Shown here piece by piece: positions 1 to 9,471 of a DNA stretch of 50,436 nt. Both the position numbers and the translations under genes were made by a program. Below the pieces are notes generated by a model. That model ran no database searches, was not told the DNA's origin, and saw only the letters and a list, made by a program, of their open reading frames with translations. Numbering within the stretch: the first letter of the stretch is position 1; each line of letters opens with the position of its first letter. Location of the stretch: NCBI GenBank assembly GCA_029561735.1, contig JAKQWZ010000016.1:1-50436 (forward strand), given 5' to 3'. The stretch is from Candidatus Omnitrophota bacterium (GTDB lineage Bacteria; Omnitrophota; Gorgyraeia; Gygaellales; Profunditerraquicolaceae).

Positions 1-1048
1 GGCCCGCCATTGAACCGTCGCGCTCCGGGATGTAGCCCTTAAAACCCATACCCCCGGCCTCTTCTCCGCCTACCAGAATATCCTTTGTGTCCATTAAATT
101 GGAGATATACTTAAAGCCCACAGGCGTTTCATAAAGCTTCAGGCCCAGCTTTTCGGCAATATTATCCATCATATTTGAACCGACAATTGTCTTGACTAGT
201 CCGCCGGACATTTTCCTGTCCTGATGCAAATGCAGCGCCAGAAGCCCGAGGATCTTTTGCGGCGAAATAAACTCTCCTCCCGGAGCCACGCAGGCAATCC
301 GGTCAGCATCGCCGTCAAGGACAAGGCATATATCAAACTTCTCCTCTTTCATCTTTTTCATTGTCGCTTCCAGATTCTCTGCAACAGGCTCCGGCCTTAG
401 GCCACCAAAAGAAGGATTGATATCAGCGCGAGTAAATTCCAGTTTTATAGGACTCCCTTTTAATACTTGAGCAATAAATTTATCTCCGCTGCCGTGCATA
501 GAATCAACCAGCACTTTAAACCGGGAATTTTTCAATTTTCTGATATCAATATACGAACGCAGGAACCTGACATATTCTCCGGCAAAATCCTCTTTTATTA
601 TCCGCGCCTTTGGCTCAAGCCTGGTTTCGGTTATGGCATTTGCCATACGCTCAACTTCTTGAGTTATTTCAACGCCGGCAGCGCCGCCGGTAGCGGTCTT
701 GATCTTAATACCGTTATAATCAGCCGGATTATGGCTGGCAGTTATCATAACACCGGCAGTCTGGTTGTTATTTTTCACTTTAAAACTAAGCATCGGTGTT
801 GGCGTGGCATTATCCGCCAGCAAAACCTCAATATTGTTAGCTGAAAGTACTTCCGCCACAGCTTGAGCGTATTCCCTGGAAAGAAAGCGGGTATCAAAGC
901 CCACAGCCAGTTTTGCCGGTTTAGTCCGGGCATTAAAATAATCCGCAATTGCCTGCGCAACCCTGCGCACATTTTTAAAAGTAAAATTGTCGCTGATCAC
1001 GCCTCTCCAGCCGTCAGTGCCAAACTTGATTTCATTAGATTCCAGCAT
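1..1048 (-). CDS. Phosphoglucomutase/phosphomannomutase family protein (C-terminal part runs off the left window edge)
   Basis: Not in the ORF track. Manual translation from the ATG at 1048 gives MLESNEIKFGTDGWRGVISDNFTF, with the phosphoserine loop TASHNP (~725-742) and metal loop DGDADR (~299-316). Start overlaps the rpe end. Confidence 0.93.
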   Translation of the reverse strand, partial: MLESNEIKFGTDGWRGVISDNFTFKNVRRVAQAIADYFNARTKPAKLAVGFDTRFLSREYAQAVAEVLSANNIEVLLADNATPTPMLSFKVKNNNQTAGVMITASHNPADYNGIKIKTATGGAAGVEITQEVERMANAITETRLEPKARIIKEDFAGEYVRFLRSYIDIRKLKNSRFKVLVDSMHGSGDKFIAQVLKGSPIKLEFTRADINPSFGGLRPEPVAENLEATMKKMKEEKFDICLVLDGDADRIACVAPGGEFISPQKILGLLALHLHQDRKMSGGLVKTIVGSNMMDNIAEKLGLKLYETPVGFKYISNLMDTKDILVGGEEAGGMGFKGYIPERDGSMAG

Positions 1049-1682
1049 TTCTCATCCTTTCAATTGTAAATTTTGGTGTTTTTGATTTAAATAAGTACGA
1101 ACCGGAAACCAGTATACTTGCTCCGGCGTTAATAAGCCTGCCTGCTACTTCTTCGTTGATGCCTCCGTCAACCGAGATATCTCCTTTAAACTTTGACCTT
1201 AAATAAATTACCTTAGGAATTGAACTGGGAATAAATTTTTGGCCCCCAAAACCCGGATTAACCGACATGACCAACACAAAATCCAAAAAGGGCAGAAATT
1301 TATCAATTCTCTTTGCCGCAGTTGGCGGATTAAAAGAAATCCCTGCCTTAATGCCTTTTTTTCTTAAACCGGCTGCTATCTTTTTAAAACCATTAAGAGA
1401 AACTGTCTCTTCGTGTACTGTAATCATATCGCTTCCGGCTTCCACGAAACTGTCTACATATTTTTCCGGATGCTCAATCATTAAATGCACATCCAGCGGC
1501 AAGCAGGTGGATTTACGCAAACTTTGCACGACAACCGGACCGATGGTGATATTAGGCACAAAATGCCCGTCCATAACATCAATATGGAACAGGTCAGCTC
1601 CGGATTTTTCCATTCTTTTAAGTTCAGATTTAAGATCGCTGAAATCAGCGGAAAGTATGGATGGAGCGATTTTTATCTTCAT
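1035..1682 (-). CDS. rpe: Ribulose-phosphate 3-epimerase
   Basis: IAPSILSADF, HIDVMDGHFVPN, DVHLMI, MSVNPGFGGQ and VDGG motifs. Confidence 0.97.
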   Translation of the reverse strand: MKIKIAPSILSADFSDLKSELKRMEKSGADLFHIDVMDGHFVPNITIGPVVVQSLRKSTCLPLDVHLMIEHPEKYVDSFVEAGSDMITVHEETVSLNGFKKIAAGLRKKGIKAGISFNPPTAAKRIDKFLPFLDFVLVMSVNPGFGGQKFIPSSIPKVIYLRSKFKGDISVDGGINEEVAGRLINAGASILVSGSYLFKSKTPKFTIERMRNAGI

Positions 1683-2245
1683 TGATAAAGCCTTTTTTTA
1701 GCTATATATTTCTGGACCGCTTCCGGCACCAGGTACCTGAATGACCTCTTATGCTTTATTGCCAGCCTTATTTCAAAAGCCGATATATCAACTGCGCGTA
1801 TTGCCAGCGTCTTGATATACGAGGGAATCTTTTCCAGCGGATAACCCGGCCGCGTTGCTACGACAAACTTGACCATTCCGGTTATTTCATTCAAATCTTT
1901 CCAGTCATTCAGATAGGTCAAAAGGTCCGAACCGGTAATAAAATAAAGTTCGTCTTTGAAATACTTTTTTTTAAGCTGCTTTATCGTATCAATCGTATAA
2001 GAATAACCGGTACGCTTAATTTCAAGATCAGAAACCAGGAAAAACCTGTTGCCTTTGACAGCCAATTTAAGCAGTTTAAACCGTTCTTCCGCAGAAATTA
2101 TTTCTTCCGGCTCCTTATGCGGCGGAATATTCGTCGGGACAAAAATAATCCTGTCCAAAAACAGTTTCTCTCTCACTTCTTCAGCCAGAATCAAGTGGCC
2201 AATATGCACGGGGTTGAATGTGCCGCCTAAAATGCCGATCTTCAT
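1679..2245 (-). CDS. nadD: Nicotinate-nucleotide adenylyltransferase
   Basis: GGTFNPVHIGH (HxGH), SYTIDT and ISAFEIR motifs; follows proA as in the conserved cluster. Confidence 0.96.
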   Translation of the reverse strand: MKIGILGGTFNPVHIGHLILAEEVREKLFLDRIIFVPTNIPPHKEPEEIISAEERFKLLKLAVKGNRFFLVSDLEIKRTGYSYTIDTIKQLKKKYFKDELYFITGSDLLTYLNDWKDLNEITGMVKFVVATRPGYPLEKIPSYIKTLAIRAVDISAFEIRLAIKHKRSFRYLVPEAVQKYIAKKRLYQ

Positions 2246-3498
2246 TGCCGCACCTGGCCGTGCCCAAAAACCATAAATTTATAAGTTGTCAGCTCTTCAA
2301 GGGCCATAGGCCCGCGAGCATGTAATTTATCAGTGGAAATACCGATCTCTGCGCCCATGCCGAACTGATAACCGTCAGTAAACCTTGTTGAGGCATTTAC
2401 ATATACGCAGGCAGAATCAACTTTGCGCAGGAATTCAAGGGCATTATCATAATTTTCAGTAACTATACTGTCAGAATGATGCGAGCCGTAATTATTTATA
2501 TGTTCAATAGCGGACTGAAGCGTATCAACCACCTTAACCGATAAAGCCAGGCCCAGGTACTCCGTATAATAATCCTTCTCTGTGGCCAATTTTACATCTT
2601 TTACAATTTTTTTAGTCAAGGCACAGCCGCGGATCTGGACACCTGCCTCACGGAATTTCTTGATCATTCCCGGCAGGAAGCGCGCAGCAACATCGCGATG
2701 CACCAGCATGCTTTCCATTGCATTGCACACGCCCGGCCTCTGGACTTTGGCATTATAGCAGATATTCATTGCCATATTCAGGTCTGCCCACTCATCTATA
2801 AAAGTATGGCAGACGCCCTTGTAGTGCTTGATTACCGGGATAGTAGATAATTTCACAACCCTGTTAATCAGGCTTTCCCCCCCGCGCGGTATGACCAGGT
2901 CAATCAGGTCTTTTTGCTTTAATAGGATATCCACGGCTTTATGCTCGGGACGGGCAATCAGGCTGATAACGGATTCAGGTATACTATGCTTCTTCAGCAC
3001 TAAGCTGAGTATATTGAATATAGCCAGATTGGAATTCAATGCGTCGCTTCCGCCGCGCAGGATTACACAGTTTCCGGATTTGATACTTAACCCTATGCAA
3101 TCAGAAGTTACATTAGGCCGGGATTCATAAATTATGGCAATAACGCCTATGGGAGTACGTACTTTGTGGATCCACAAACCATTAGGCCTGCGCCATGCTT
3201 TTATAACCTCCCCTACCGGATCAGCAAGTTTGGTTAATTCAACCAAAGATTCAGCCATATCCGCAATCCGCTTATCTGACAAAGTAAGCCTGTCTATCAT
3301 AGCCGGCTGCATCTTGGCGCGCCGGGCCTTAAGAATATCTTTCTTGTTCGCCTTTAATAGCTGCGCCCGGCTGTCAATTAAAGCCGCAGCCATATCTTTG
3401 AGGATCCGGTTCTTATCTTCGGCTGAAAGCGTGACCATAAAGCGCGATGCGCTCTTGGCTCTTTTAGCTATTCCTGTAACTTCTTTTTTAAGTTCCAT
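2242..3498 (-). CDS. proA: Gamma-glutamyl phosphate reductase
   Basis: PIGVIAIIYESRPNVT, CNAMES, NASTRFTDG and GAEIGIST..HARGP motifs. Confidence 0.97.
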   Translation of the reverse strand: MELKKEVTGIAKRAKSASRFMVTLSAEDKNRILKDMAAALIDSRAQLLKANKKDILKARRAKMQPAMIDRLTLSDKRIADMAESLVELTKLADPVGEVIKAWRRPNGLWIHKVRTPIGVIAIIYESRPNVTSDCIGLSIKSGNCVILRGGSDALNSNLAIFNILSLVLKKHSIPESVISLIARPEHKAVDILLKQKDLIDLVIPRGGESLINRVVKLSTIPVIKHYKGVCHTFIDEWADLNMAMNICYNAKVQRPGVCNAMESMLVHRDVAARFLPGMIKKFREAGVQIRGCALTKKIVKDVKLATEKDYYTEYLGLALSVKVVDTLQSAIEHINNYGSHHSDSIVTENYDNALEFLRKVDSACVYVNASTRFTDGYQFGMGAEIGISTDKLHARGPMALEELTTYKFMVFGHGQVRQ

Positions 3499-3506
3499 AT
3501 CAACAC

Positions 3507-4580
3507 CTACATCAAAGCCAGATCATTGCAATGGATTATTTCTTTTTCAAAACGCCCGCCCTTGACTTTATCAAGCTGTTTGGAAGAAACAGCGACTTTA
3601 CCCCGGGCAATTTCATTTCCCTGTTTATCCGATATCACAATAACATCTCCGCAATCAAAATTCCCGCAAACCGAGACTACGCCGACAGACAACAGGCTTT
3701 TCTTATTTTGCAATGCGTTTCTCGCCCCGTCATCAATAATAATCTTTCCCCTTGGCTTGCTGCCAAAGGCAATCCAGCGCTTTCTTTCTGCCAGATACCC
3801 CTGCTTTGGCAGAAAAACAGTCCATAAGCCGCCGGACAAAGGATCTCCCGCAGCCTCGCAGATCAAACCGGAATTCTTCCCGTTCGCAATCACGCAGACA
3901 ACCCCTGAATCAACAGCAATTTTAGCTGCGTCAATTTTTGTAATCATGCCGCCGACGCATGTTTTCCTGGTTGTAGGGCACGCCAGCTGTTTTACCTGAA
4001 GGTTAATCTGGGGGACAACCCTGACTATTCTTTTGTCCTTGTCCAGCAAGCCGTCAACATCGGATAAAATAACCAGCAAATCAGCGGATACTAAGCTGGC
4101 TACCCGTGCTGACAACTGGTCATTATCGCCGAACCTGATCTCATCGGTAGATACAGTATCGTTTTCGTTGATAACAGGAACCACCCCTAGTTTTAAAAGA
4201 GTCAGAAGCGTATTTTTAGCATTAAGATAGCGGGTGCGGCCGGTAAAATCCTCCCAAGTAAGCAAGACTTGAGCGCAATTTTTCTTCTGTTCCTCTAGCA
4301 ATGACAGGTAATTTTCCATTAAAATATTCTGGCCGACAGCTGCAGCTGCCTGTAGAAATGGCAGGCCCTTGGGGCGGCAGTCCATCCCAAGGCGCAGCAT
4401 CCCCAAAGCTATGGCACCCGAAGAAACTATAATTACTTCTTTCCCGGAGTCAACCAGCTTATTGACTTCAAGCACAAGGCTTTTTAACAAGCCCCTGTTA
4501 AGCCCGTCGCTCTCAGAGCAAAACAGGCTTGAGCCGATCTTAATAACTATGCGGTTATAGGCTTTTTTTGATCCCTTCAA
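3507..4580 (-). CDS. proB: Glutamate 5-kinase with C-terminal PUA domain
   Basis: IKIGSS, VSSGAI, INENDTV, FGDNDQLSA and GGMITKI motifs. Confidence 0.97.
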   Translation of the reverse strand: MKGSKKAYNRIVIKIGSSLFCSESDGLNRGLLKSLVLEVNKLVDSGKEVIIVSSGAIALGMLRLGMDCRPKGLPFLQAAAAVGQNILMENYLSLLEEQKKNCAQVLLTWEDFTGRTRYLNAKNTLLTLLKLGVVPVINENDTVSTDEIRFGDNDQLSARVASLVSADLLVILSDVDGLLDKDKRIVRVVPQINLQVKQLACPTTRKTCVGGMITKIDAAKIAVDSGVVCVIANGKNSGLICEAAGDPLSGGLWTVFLPKQGYLAERKRWIAFGSKPRGKIIIDDGARNALQNKKSLLSVGVVSVCGNFDCGDVIVISDKQGNEIARGKVAVSSKQLDKVKGGRFEKEIIHCNDLALM

Positions 4581-5508
4581 TTAGCGCCTCCAGGCCGTCT
4601 TTATTCAAGGCCGATATAGCAAAGACTCTTTTACGCACTGCTTTTTTGAATTTTTTCAAGTTAAGCTTGGCGGTTTCAATATCCATTTTATTCGCAACAA
4701 TGAGCTGTTTCTTTGCCCCTACGGCTTTGCTGTAATTTTTCAATTCCGCGTTTATTGTCCGGTAGTCTTTTAGCGGGTCCCGCCCTTCAAATCCACCCAT
4801 GTCTATCATATGCAGAAGGATCTTGGTACGTTCAATGTGGCGCAGGAATTTATCTCCCAACCCCTTGCCAAAAGAAGAACCTTCAATCAATCCGGGAATA
4901 TCGGCAATAACAAAACTCTTTTCATTGTCCCGGACAACGCCCAAAACCGGTTCTTTAGTGGTAAAAGGGTACGCGGCAATTCTAGGATGGGCATTGGTAA
5001 TGCTGGAAATTAGCGTTGATTTTCCCGCATTGGGAAAACCGACCACCCCTACATCTGCCAGCACTTTCAGGTCAAAAAGAATATCTTTTTCTTCGCCGGC
5101 AATCCCGTCAGTAGCTTCATGATGGAAGGTATTTCCTCTGCCTCCCTTACCACCCCTGCATATAACAAATTCTTCTTTATCTTTATCCAGGTCGCGCAGT
5201 ATACAGCCTGTCCCCAAATCTTTAACTGTTGTGCCTACAGGAACGCGGATAATTAAATCTGCGCCGTCTTTACCTTTTTTCCGGTTACCTGAACCGTGCG
5301 CGCCGTCTTGGGCCCGGAAATCCCGGTTGTATTTAAAATCAAGCAGGCTGTAGAGGTTACGGTCAGCGCGGATAACAACGTCAGCGCCTTTTCCGCCAGC
5401 CCCTCCGTCGGGCACGCCCTCGCGGATATACTTATCCCGGTAAAAACTGCTGCATCCTCTTCCGCCGTGGCCTGCGCGGATATGAATTTTAGTGCTGTCA
5501 ATAAACAT
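4555..5508 (-). CDS. obgE: GTPase Obg/CgtA (short, 317 aa)
   Basis: MFID start, Gly-rich Obg fold, GFPNAGKST, YPFTT, DIPG and NKMD motifs. Confidence 0.96.
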   Translation of the reverse strand: MFIDSTKIHIRAGHGGRGCSSFYRDKYIREGVPDGGAGGKGADVVIRADRNLYSLLDFKYNRDFRAQDGAHGSGNRKKGKDGADLIIRVPVGTTVKDLGTGCILRDLDKDKEEFVICRGGKGGRGNTFHHEATDGIAGEEKDILFDLKVLADVGVVGFPNAGKSTLISSITNAHPRIAAYPFTTKEPVLGVVRDNEKSFVIADIPGLIEGSSFGKGLGDKFLRHIERTKILLHMIDMGGFEGRDPLKDYRTINAELKNYSKAVGAKKQLIVANKMDIETAKLNLKKFKKAVRKRVFAISALNKDGLEALIEGIKKSL

Positions 5509-5822
5509 CAGGCCAGCTCTATATCTTTGATTTTCAGCACAGTCAGCTTCTGACGATGGCCTTTTTTCCAGTGAGTATTCTTACGGCGTTTATACTTAAA
5601 GGATATCACTTTCGGCCCCTTGGACTGTTCCAAAACCGTTGCCACAACCTTTGCATCCTTGACAAAAGGCTGTCCGACCTCAACTTTCTTTTCCTTAGAA
5701 ACCAGCAGGACTTCTTTAATATTGATATCTTTTCCGGCTTTAGAATCCAGCTTCTCAACCTGGATTATATCACCTTTTTGAACATTGAACTGTTTTGCGC
5801 CAACCTCAATTATCGCATACAT
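5508..5822 (-). CDS. rplU: 50S ribosomal protein L21
   Basis: MYAIIEVGAKQFNV...KYKRRK...GHRQ; GGAGG Shine-Dalgarno upstream. Confidence 0.97.
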   Translation of the reverse strand: MYAIIEVGAKQFNVQKGDIIQVEKLDSKAGKDINIKEVLLVSKEKKVEVGQPFVKDAKVVATVLEQSKGPKVISFKYKRRKNTHWKKGHRQKLTVLKIKDIELA

Positions 5823-5867
5823 TTGTATTCCTCCTCTAATAGGATTTTGATTATCAGACAGGGTTAA

Positions 5868-5896
5868 ATTTTAACACACAAACACTACTGGGTCAA
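5868..5896 (-). promoter_or_regulatory. Sigma70-type promoter for rplU-obg-proB-proA-nadD-rpe-pgm
   Basis: Minus strand TTGACC-17 nt-TAAAAT, with TGn extended -10. Confidence 0.7.
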
Positions 5897-5913
5897 GAAT
5901 AAATAAGGGCAAA

Positions 5914-7353
5914 CTAGGAGATTTTGACGTCTTCTAAATGAAGGGCCGGATTGGGAATAAGGTTAATTTTTGTGCGGAATTTGCGCTCAATAGCATGTAA
6001 ATTAGCTTTATCCTTTAAAAGCTCATCAACTACCAGAGGATTAAGCATCAGGTTTGCCTGATGGAGGTTTTTGCCTTTTAAAAACCTTCTTAGCTCCTTT
6101 AAAGTAAATACCGACATAGTCAACGGAGACCTGACTTTTCCCTTGCCCTGGCAATAAGGGCAAGGCTGATACGAAATCATATGCACGGTCTTATGGATAC
6201 GCTCCCGGGTCATTTCCACAAGGCCGAACTTGGAAATCCCTAAAATATCGTATTTGGCCTTATCGTGGCTAAGCGCTTTTTTCAATACGCCCAGAAGCTG
6301 CCTGCGGTGCCCCTCTTTTTCCATATCTATAAAATCAATGACAATAATCCCTCCCAAATCCCGTAATTTCAACTGCCGGGCCACCTCTTCTGCTGCCTCG
6401 CAATTTACCTTAAAGGCCATCTCCTCCTGATTTATTTTTTTCTTAAAACCGCCGCTATTTACGTCAATGACCACAAGGCCTTCCGTAGGCTCAATGATTA
6501 TATAGGCCTTGGATTTCATGTAAACCCGGCTTTCGTAGATTTTGGATATCTGGCGCTCAACGTCTTTTTCCAGAAACAGGTCATCGCCGCGGTAAAATTC
6601 AACTTTACGCGCTAAATAACTAAGGAATGTGCGCATAAAACGCTGTATCCGGTAAAATTCCGGCTTTGAATCAACTATCAGTTTAGTGACATCTTCGGTA
6701 AAAGAATCCCTGATTGCCCGCAGGGTAAGGTCATATTCTTCATAAATTATTGCCGGCGCCTTAGAGCTTGTGACATTTTTTTCCATCCGCTGCCACAGCT
6801 TTAGCAAAAAATTGGCATCGCGCTGGATCTCTTGTTTTGACCTGTGGCTGGCTGCTGTGCGGACAATAAAACCAATACCCTTTGGCATCTTCACTTCTAA
6901 TAAAGCGCTTTTGAGCCTTTTGCGCTCCTCGTCCTCTTCGATCCTGCGCGAGATACCTACGTGCTCCTCCTGAGGCGTAAGCACTAAATATCTGCCGGCT
7001 AATCCGATATGGCAGGACAACCTCGGCCCCTTGGTGCCGAATGATTCTTTGACCACCTGCACCAAGACCTCTTCGCCTTTTTTTACTTCCTTAGGCTTCT
7101 GATTAGGCGTCCTGTCGCTTTCAAAAAGGTCTTCAATTTCAGAAAGGTATAAAAACCCTTTTTTGGGCATACCTATATCCACAAAAGCGGCATTTATCGA
7201 CGGAAGGACTGCTTCAATAATACCTTTATAGATATTCCCGACAATAGTCTTATCCTGAGGCCGTTCAATAGAATATTCTTCAATATTGCCGGAATTAACT
7301 ACGGCAACGCGCACTTCCTGCGGCTCTACATTAATTAAAATCTCTTTGGACAT
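5914..7353 (-). CDS. rng: Ribonuclease G (Rne/Rng family)
   Basis: S1 domain VGNIYKG...AAFVDIG, IDVNSG, GGIIVIDFIDM, CPYC Zn-link; no long C-terminal scaffold. Confidence 0.93.
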   Translation of the reverse strand: MSKEILINVEPQEVRVAVVNSGNIEEYSIERPQDKTIVGNIYKGIIEAVLPSINAAFVDIGMPKKGFLYLSEIEDLFESDRTPNQKPKEVKKGEEVLVQVVKESFGTKGPRLSCHIGLAGRYLVLTPQEEHVGISRRIEEDEERKRLKSALLEVKMPKGIGFIVRTAASHRSKQEIQRDANFLLKLWQRMEKNVTSSKAPAIIYEEYDLTLRAIRDSFTEDVTKLIVDSKPEFYRIQRFMRTFLSYLARKVEFYRGDDLFLEKDVERQISKIYESRVYMKSKAYIIIEPTEGLVVIDVNSGGFKKKINQEEMAFKVNCEAAEEVARQLKLRDLGGIIVIDFIDMEKEGHRRQLLGVLKKALSHDKAKYDILGISKFGLVEMTRERIHKTVHMISYQPCPYCQGKGKVRSPLTMSVFTLKELRRFLKGKNLHQANLMLNPLVVDELLKDKANLHAIERKFRTKINLIPNPALHLEDVKIS

Positions 7354-7360
7354 ATTCTCC

Positions 7361-7666
7361 TCAACTTAATCTGGCATCTTTGATAGCAATGCCATCCGGA
7401 AGCTGTTTTTGAAGGCTTGATATAAAATCTTCAGGCCGGATAAGCCGGTTGACTCCGGCTGTTGCTTCTTCGTGGCTGCTTTCAACACCTAATTTTAACG
7501 CTTTTTTTATGCTGAATTTAGGATGCGGGCTGAATCCTTCTGTAAGCTTTAACGGAATTTCTGCGCGTCGCATTGCCCGGGTAAAAAGCCGCATCAGGTC
7601 TAAATGCGATATATACTTAATATTCCCGGTTTTTGTAAATACGAAATCTATTTTAAAAAAATTCAT
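7361..7666 (-). CDS. TIGR03936/DUF2344 radical-SAM-linked family protein (short form)
   Basis: FTKTGNIKYISHLDLMRLF.RA.RRA..P...TEGFSPHPK...AL.LGVES signature. Confidence 0.85.
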   Translation of the reverse strand: MNFFKIDFVFTKTGNIKYISHLDLMRLFTRAMRRAEIPLKLTEGFSPHPKFSIKKALKLGVESSHEEATAGVNRLIRPEDFISSLQKQLPDGIAIKDARLS

Positions 7667-9471
7667 CTATTTTGCTTCTTTGTTGTAACTTTTATCGCGC
7701 CTTTCTGCACTGACTGTTCAAGGGCAAGAGACGCAAGCCTTGAGATCTCTTCAGGGGTAAGGTCATTATCCCTGACAATCCGGGCAGTAATAAAGATCAG
7801 TAAATCCTGTTTCTGGATATCATCTACCTGCCTTCTAAATGCCGCGCCTAAAAAGGGTATTTTGCTTAAATAGGGAATACCGATAGTTTCTTTAGACTTG
7901 ACATCTTTTAAGAGCCCGCCCAAAACCACGGTCTCGCCGTCCTTCATAAGTATCTGGGTTTGCGCTTCACGCACATCAATAATAGGGTAATCTACCGTAG
8001 AGGTGATGGCTGTAGTGCCTGTGCCCGAAACATTTCTTGCCGTAATGCTTGAGGTGCTGGAAGTGACGCTGGGATGTATTATCATGTTGATATAGCCGCC
8101 CTCATCGCTTACCTGCGGCACAACATTAAGTCTGATGCCGATTTCCTGATAATAATCTAAATTTTGCGTCTGCGTCGGCCCTTCGTTCTGCGAACCTGCA
8201 GTTACCGTCGAGCTCAAAATAGGCGTATGATAACCGACAAGAATAGCTGCCTCCTGATTATCCAGCGTCATAACCCGCGGCGCCGATAAAGTATTTGTGT
8301 GGGCATCCTGCTCTAAAGCATGCAGTATAACTTCAAATTGGGCTCCGCTTAATTTCTTAAACAAAATTTCCAAGCCCGCTTTATAAGGATAGGTACCCGG
8401 AAAAGTTGTAGTCCCTTCAATCGGGTTAAAAGCTCCGGGAGTAAATTCTGAGCCTAAATTCCTGCCGGCTATAGTCTTAGAGCCGGCAGCATTAAGGTCA
8501 AGGTCTCCCGGCGCTGTTGCATAACCGGAAGCTCCGGAAGAGCCAGTTCCCCAGTCAAACCCGATATCGGTTAATTTATCCCTGTTGACCTCCATAATCC
8601 GTGTTTCAATCAGGACCTGCTTGGGTTTTTTATCTATTTGAGGCAAAATTACGTTTTTAATCCGGTCTAAATTAGAAGCAGTATCAGTTATAACCAGTGT
8701 CTTTGATTTTACTGACGGCTCAAATTCGGCTTTGCGCGAAACCAGCTCCCCTGCGGCATTTCTTTCAATAGCGATTGTCTCCTGTTTCATAACATCGCCT
8801 TTTTCTTTTTCCAATATGGTCCCTGCCTTGGTGTCTTTGCCGATCTTAAATGAACCGAACTGCCAGCCTTTTTGCCCGCGGCTGTATAAGACAGATATTT
8901 TTCCCCGCGGCGAAAGCAAGGGGATCAGTATTTTTTCAGCATCTTGCGCGTCTAAAAATTTTAATTTTACGATCTCTGTCATCAAAGGCTCTTCGGCCTG
9001 GATTTTAGCGATGTTTTCCATGCGGGTTACCAGGATAATGTTGCCTTGCCTCTCTGAAGCATAACCGTATGATTTTAAAAGCACGCTTAAAGCCGTCTCC
9101 CATGGCACATCAGCCATACGGATTGTAACATTGCCGATAACATCAGGGGTCGTAACAATATTAACACCGGATTTAAAAGCAATTATCTTAAGGACATTGC
9201 GGATATCTGCGTCTTTAAAATCCATAGTGACGTTCTGCGATGAAGACAGGCTTTGCGGCACAGGCGCCGCCTGAAAAGCTGTTTCCGAATTTTCTTCCGC
9301 AATAGAAGGCTCAGGAACGCTGTTCTGAACCGGGGCTTCAGGTGACGCAGCCGGAGAGCTTTCCTTAACATCATCCTGTGCAATCGCACGCACTGATGAA
9401 AAAATATTAAACCCGGCTAACCCTAAGATTAACAAAGCACAAATTGATACCCTGGGTAAATGTATTTTCAC
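7663..9471 (-). CDS. pilQ: Type IV pilus secretin (PilQ-like), no AMIN domains
   Basis: Signal peptide, N0 domain (MDFKDADIRNVL...VPWETAL), QVLIETRIMEV, LSAPRVMTLDNQEA, GETVVLGGL, IPYLSKIPFLG; last gene of pilMNOPQ; GTG start with GGAGG. Confidence 0.9.
   Translation of the reverse strand: MKIHLPRVSICALLILGLAGFNIFSSVRAIAQDDVKESSPAASPEAPVQNSVPEPSIAEENSETAFQAAPVPQSLSSSQNVTMDFKDADIRNVLKIIAFKSGVNIVTTPDVIGNVTIRMADVPWETALSVLLKSYGYASERQGNIILVTRMENIAKIQAEEPLMTEIVKLKFLDAQDAEKILIPLLSPRGKISVLYSRGQKGWQFGSFKIGKDTKAGTILEKEKGDVMKQETIAIERNAAGELVSRKAEFEPSVKSKTLVITDTASNLDRIKNVILPQIDKKPKQVLIETRIMEVNRDKLTDIGFDWGTGSSGASGYATAPGDLDLNAAGSKTIAGRNLGSEFTPGAFNPIEGTTTFPGTYPYKAGLEILFKKLSGAQFEVILHALEQDAHTNTLSAPRVMTLDNQEAAILVGYHTPILSSTVTAGSQNEGPTQTQNLDYYQEIGIRLNVVPQVSDEGGYINMIIHPSVTSSTSSITARNVSGTGTTAITSTVDYPIIDVREAQTQILMKDGETVVLGGLLKDVKSKETIGIPYLSKIPFLGAAFRRQVDDIQKQDLLIFITARIVRDNDLTPEEISRLASLALEQSVQKGAIKVTTKKQNR

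Noticed and set aside
5823-5860. Possible L21 leader or SD-sequestering hairpin upstream of rplU (TCCT-ATTAG-AGGA)
   Set aside because: The stem is only 4 bp, too weak to support without covariation data
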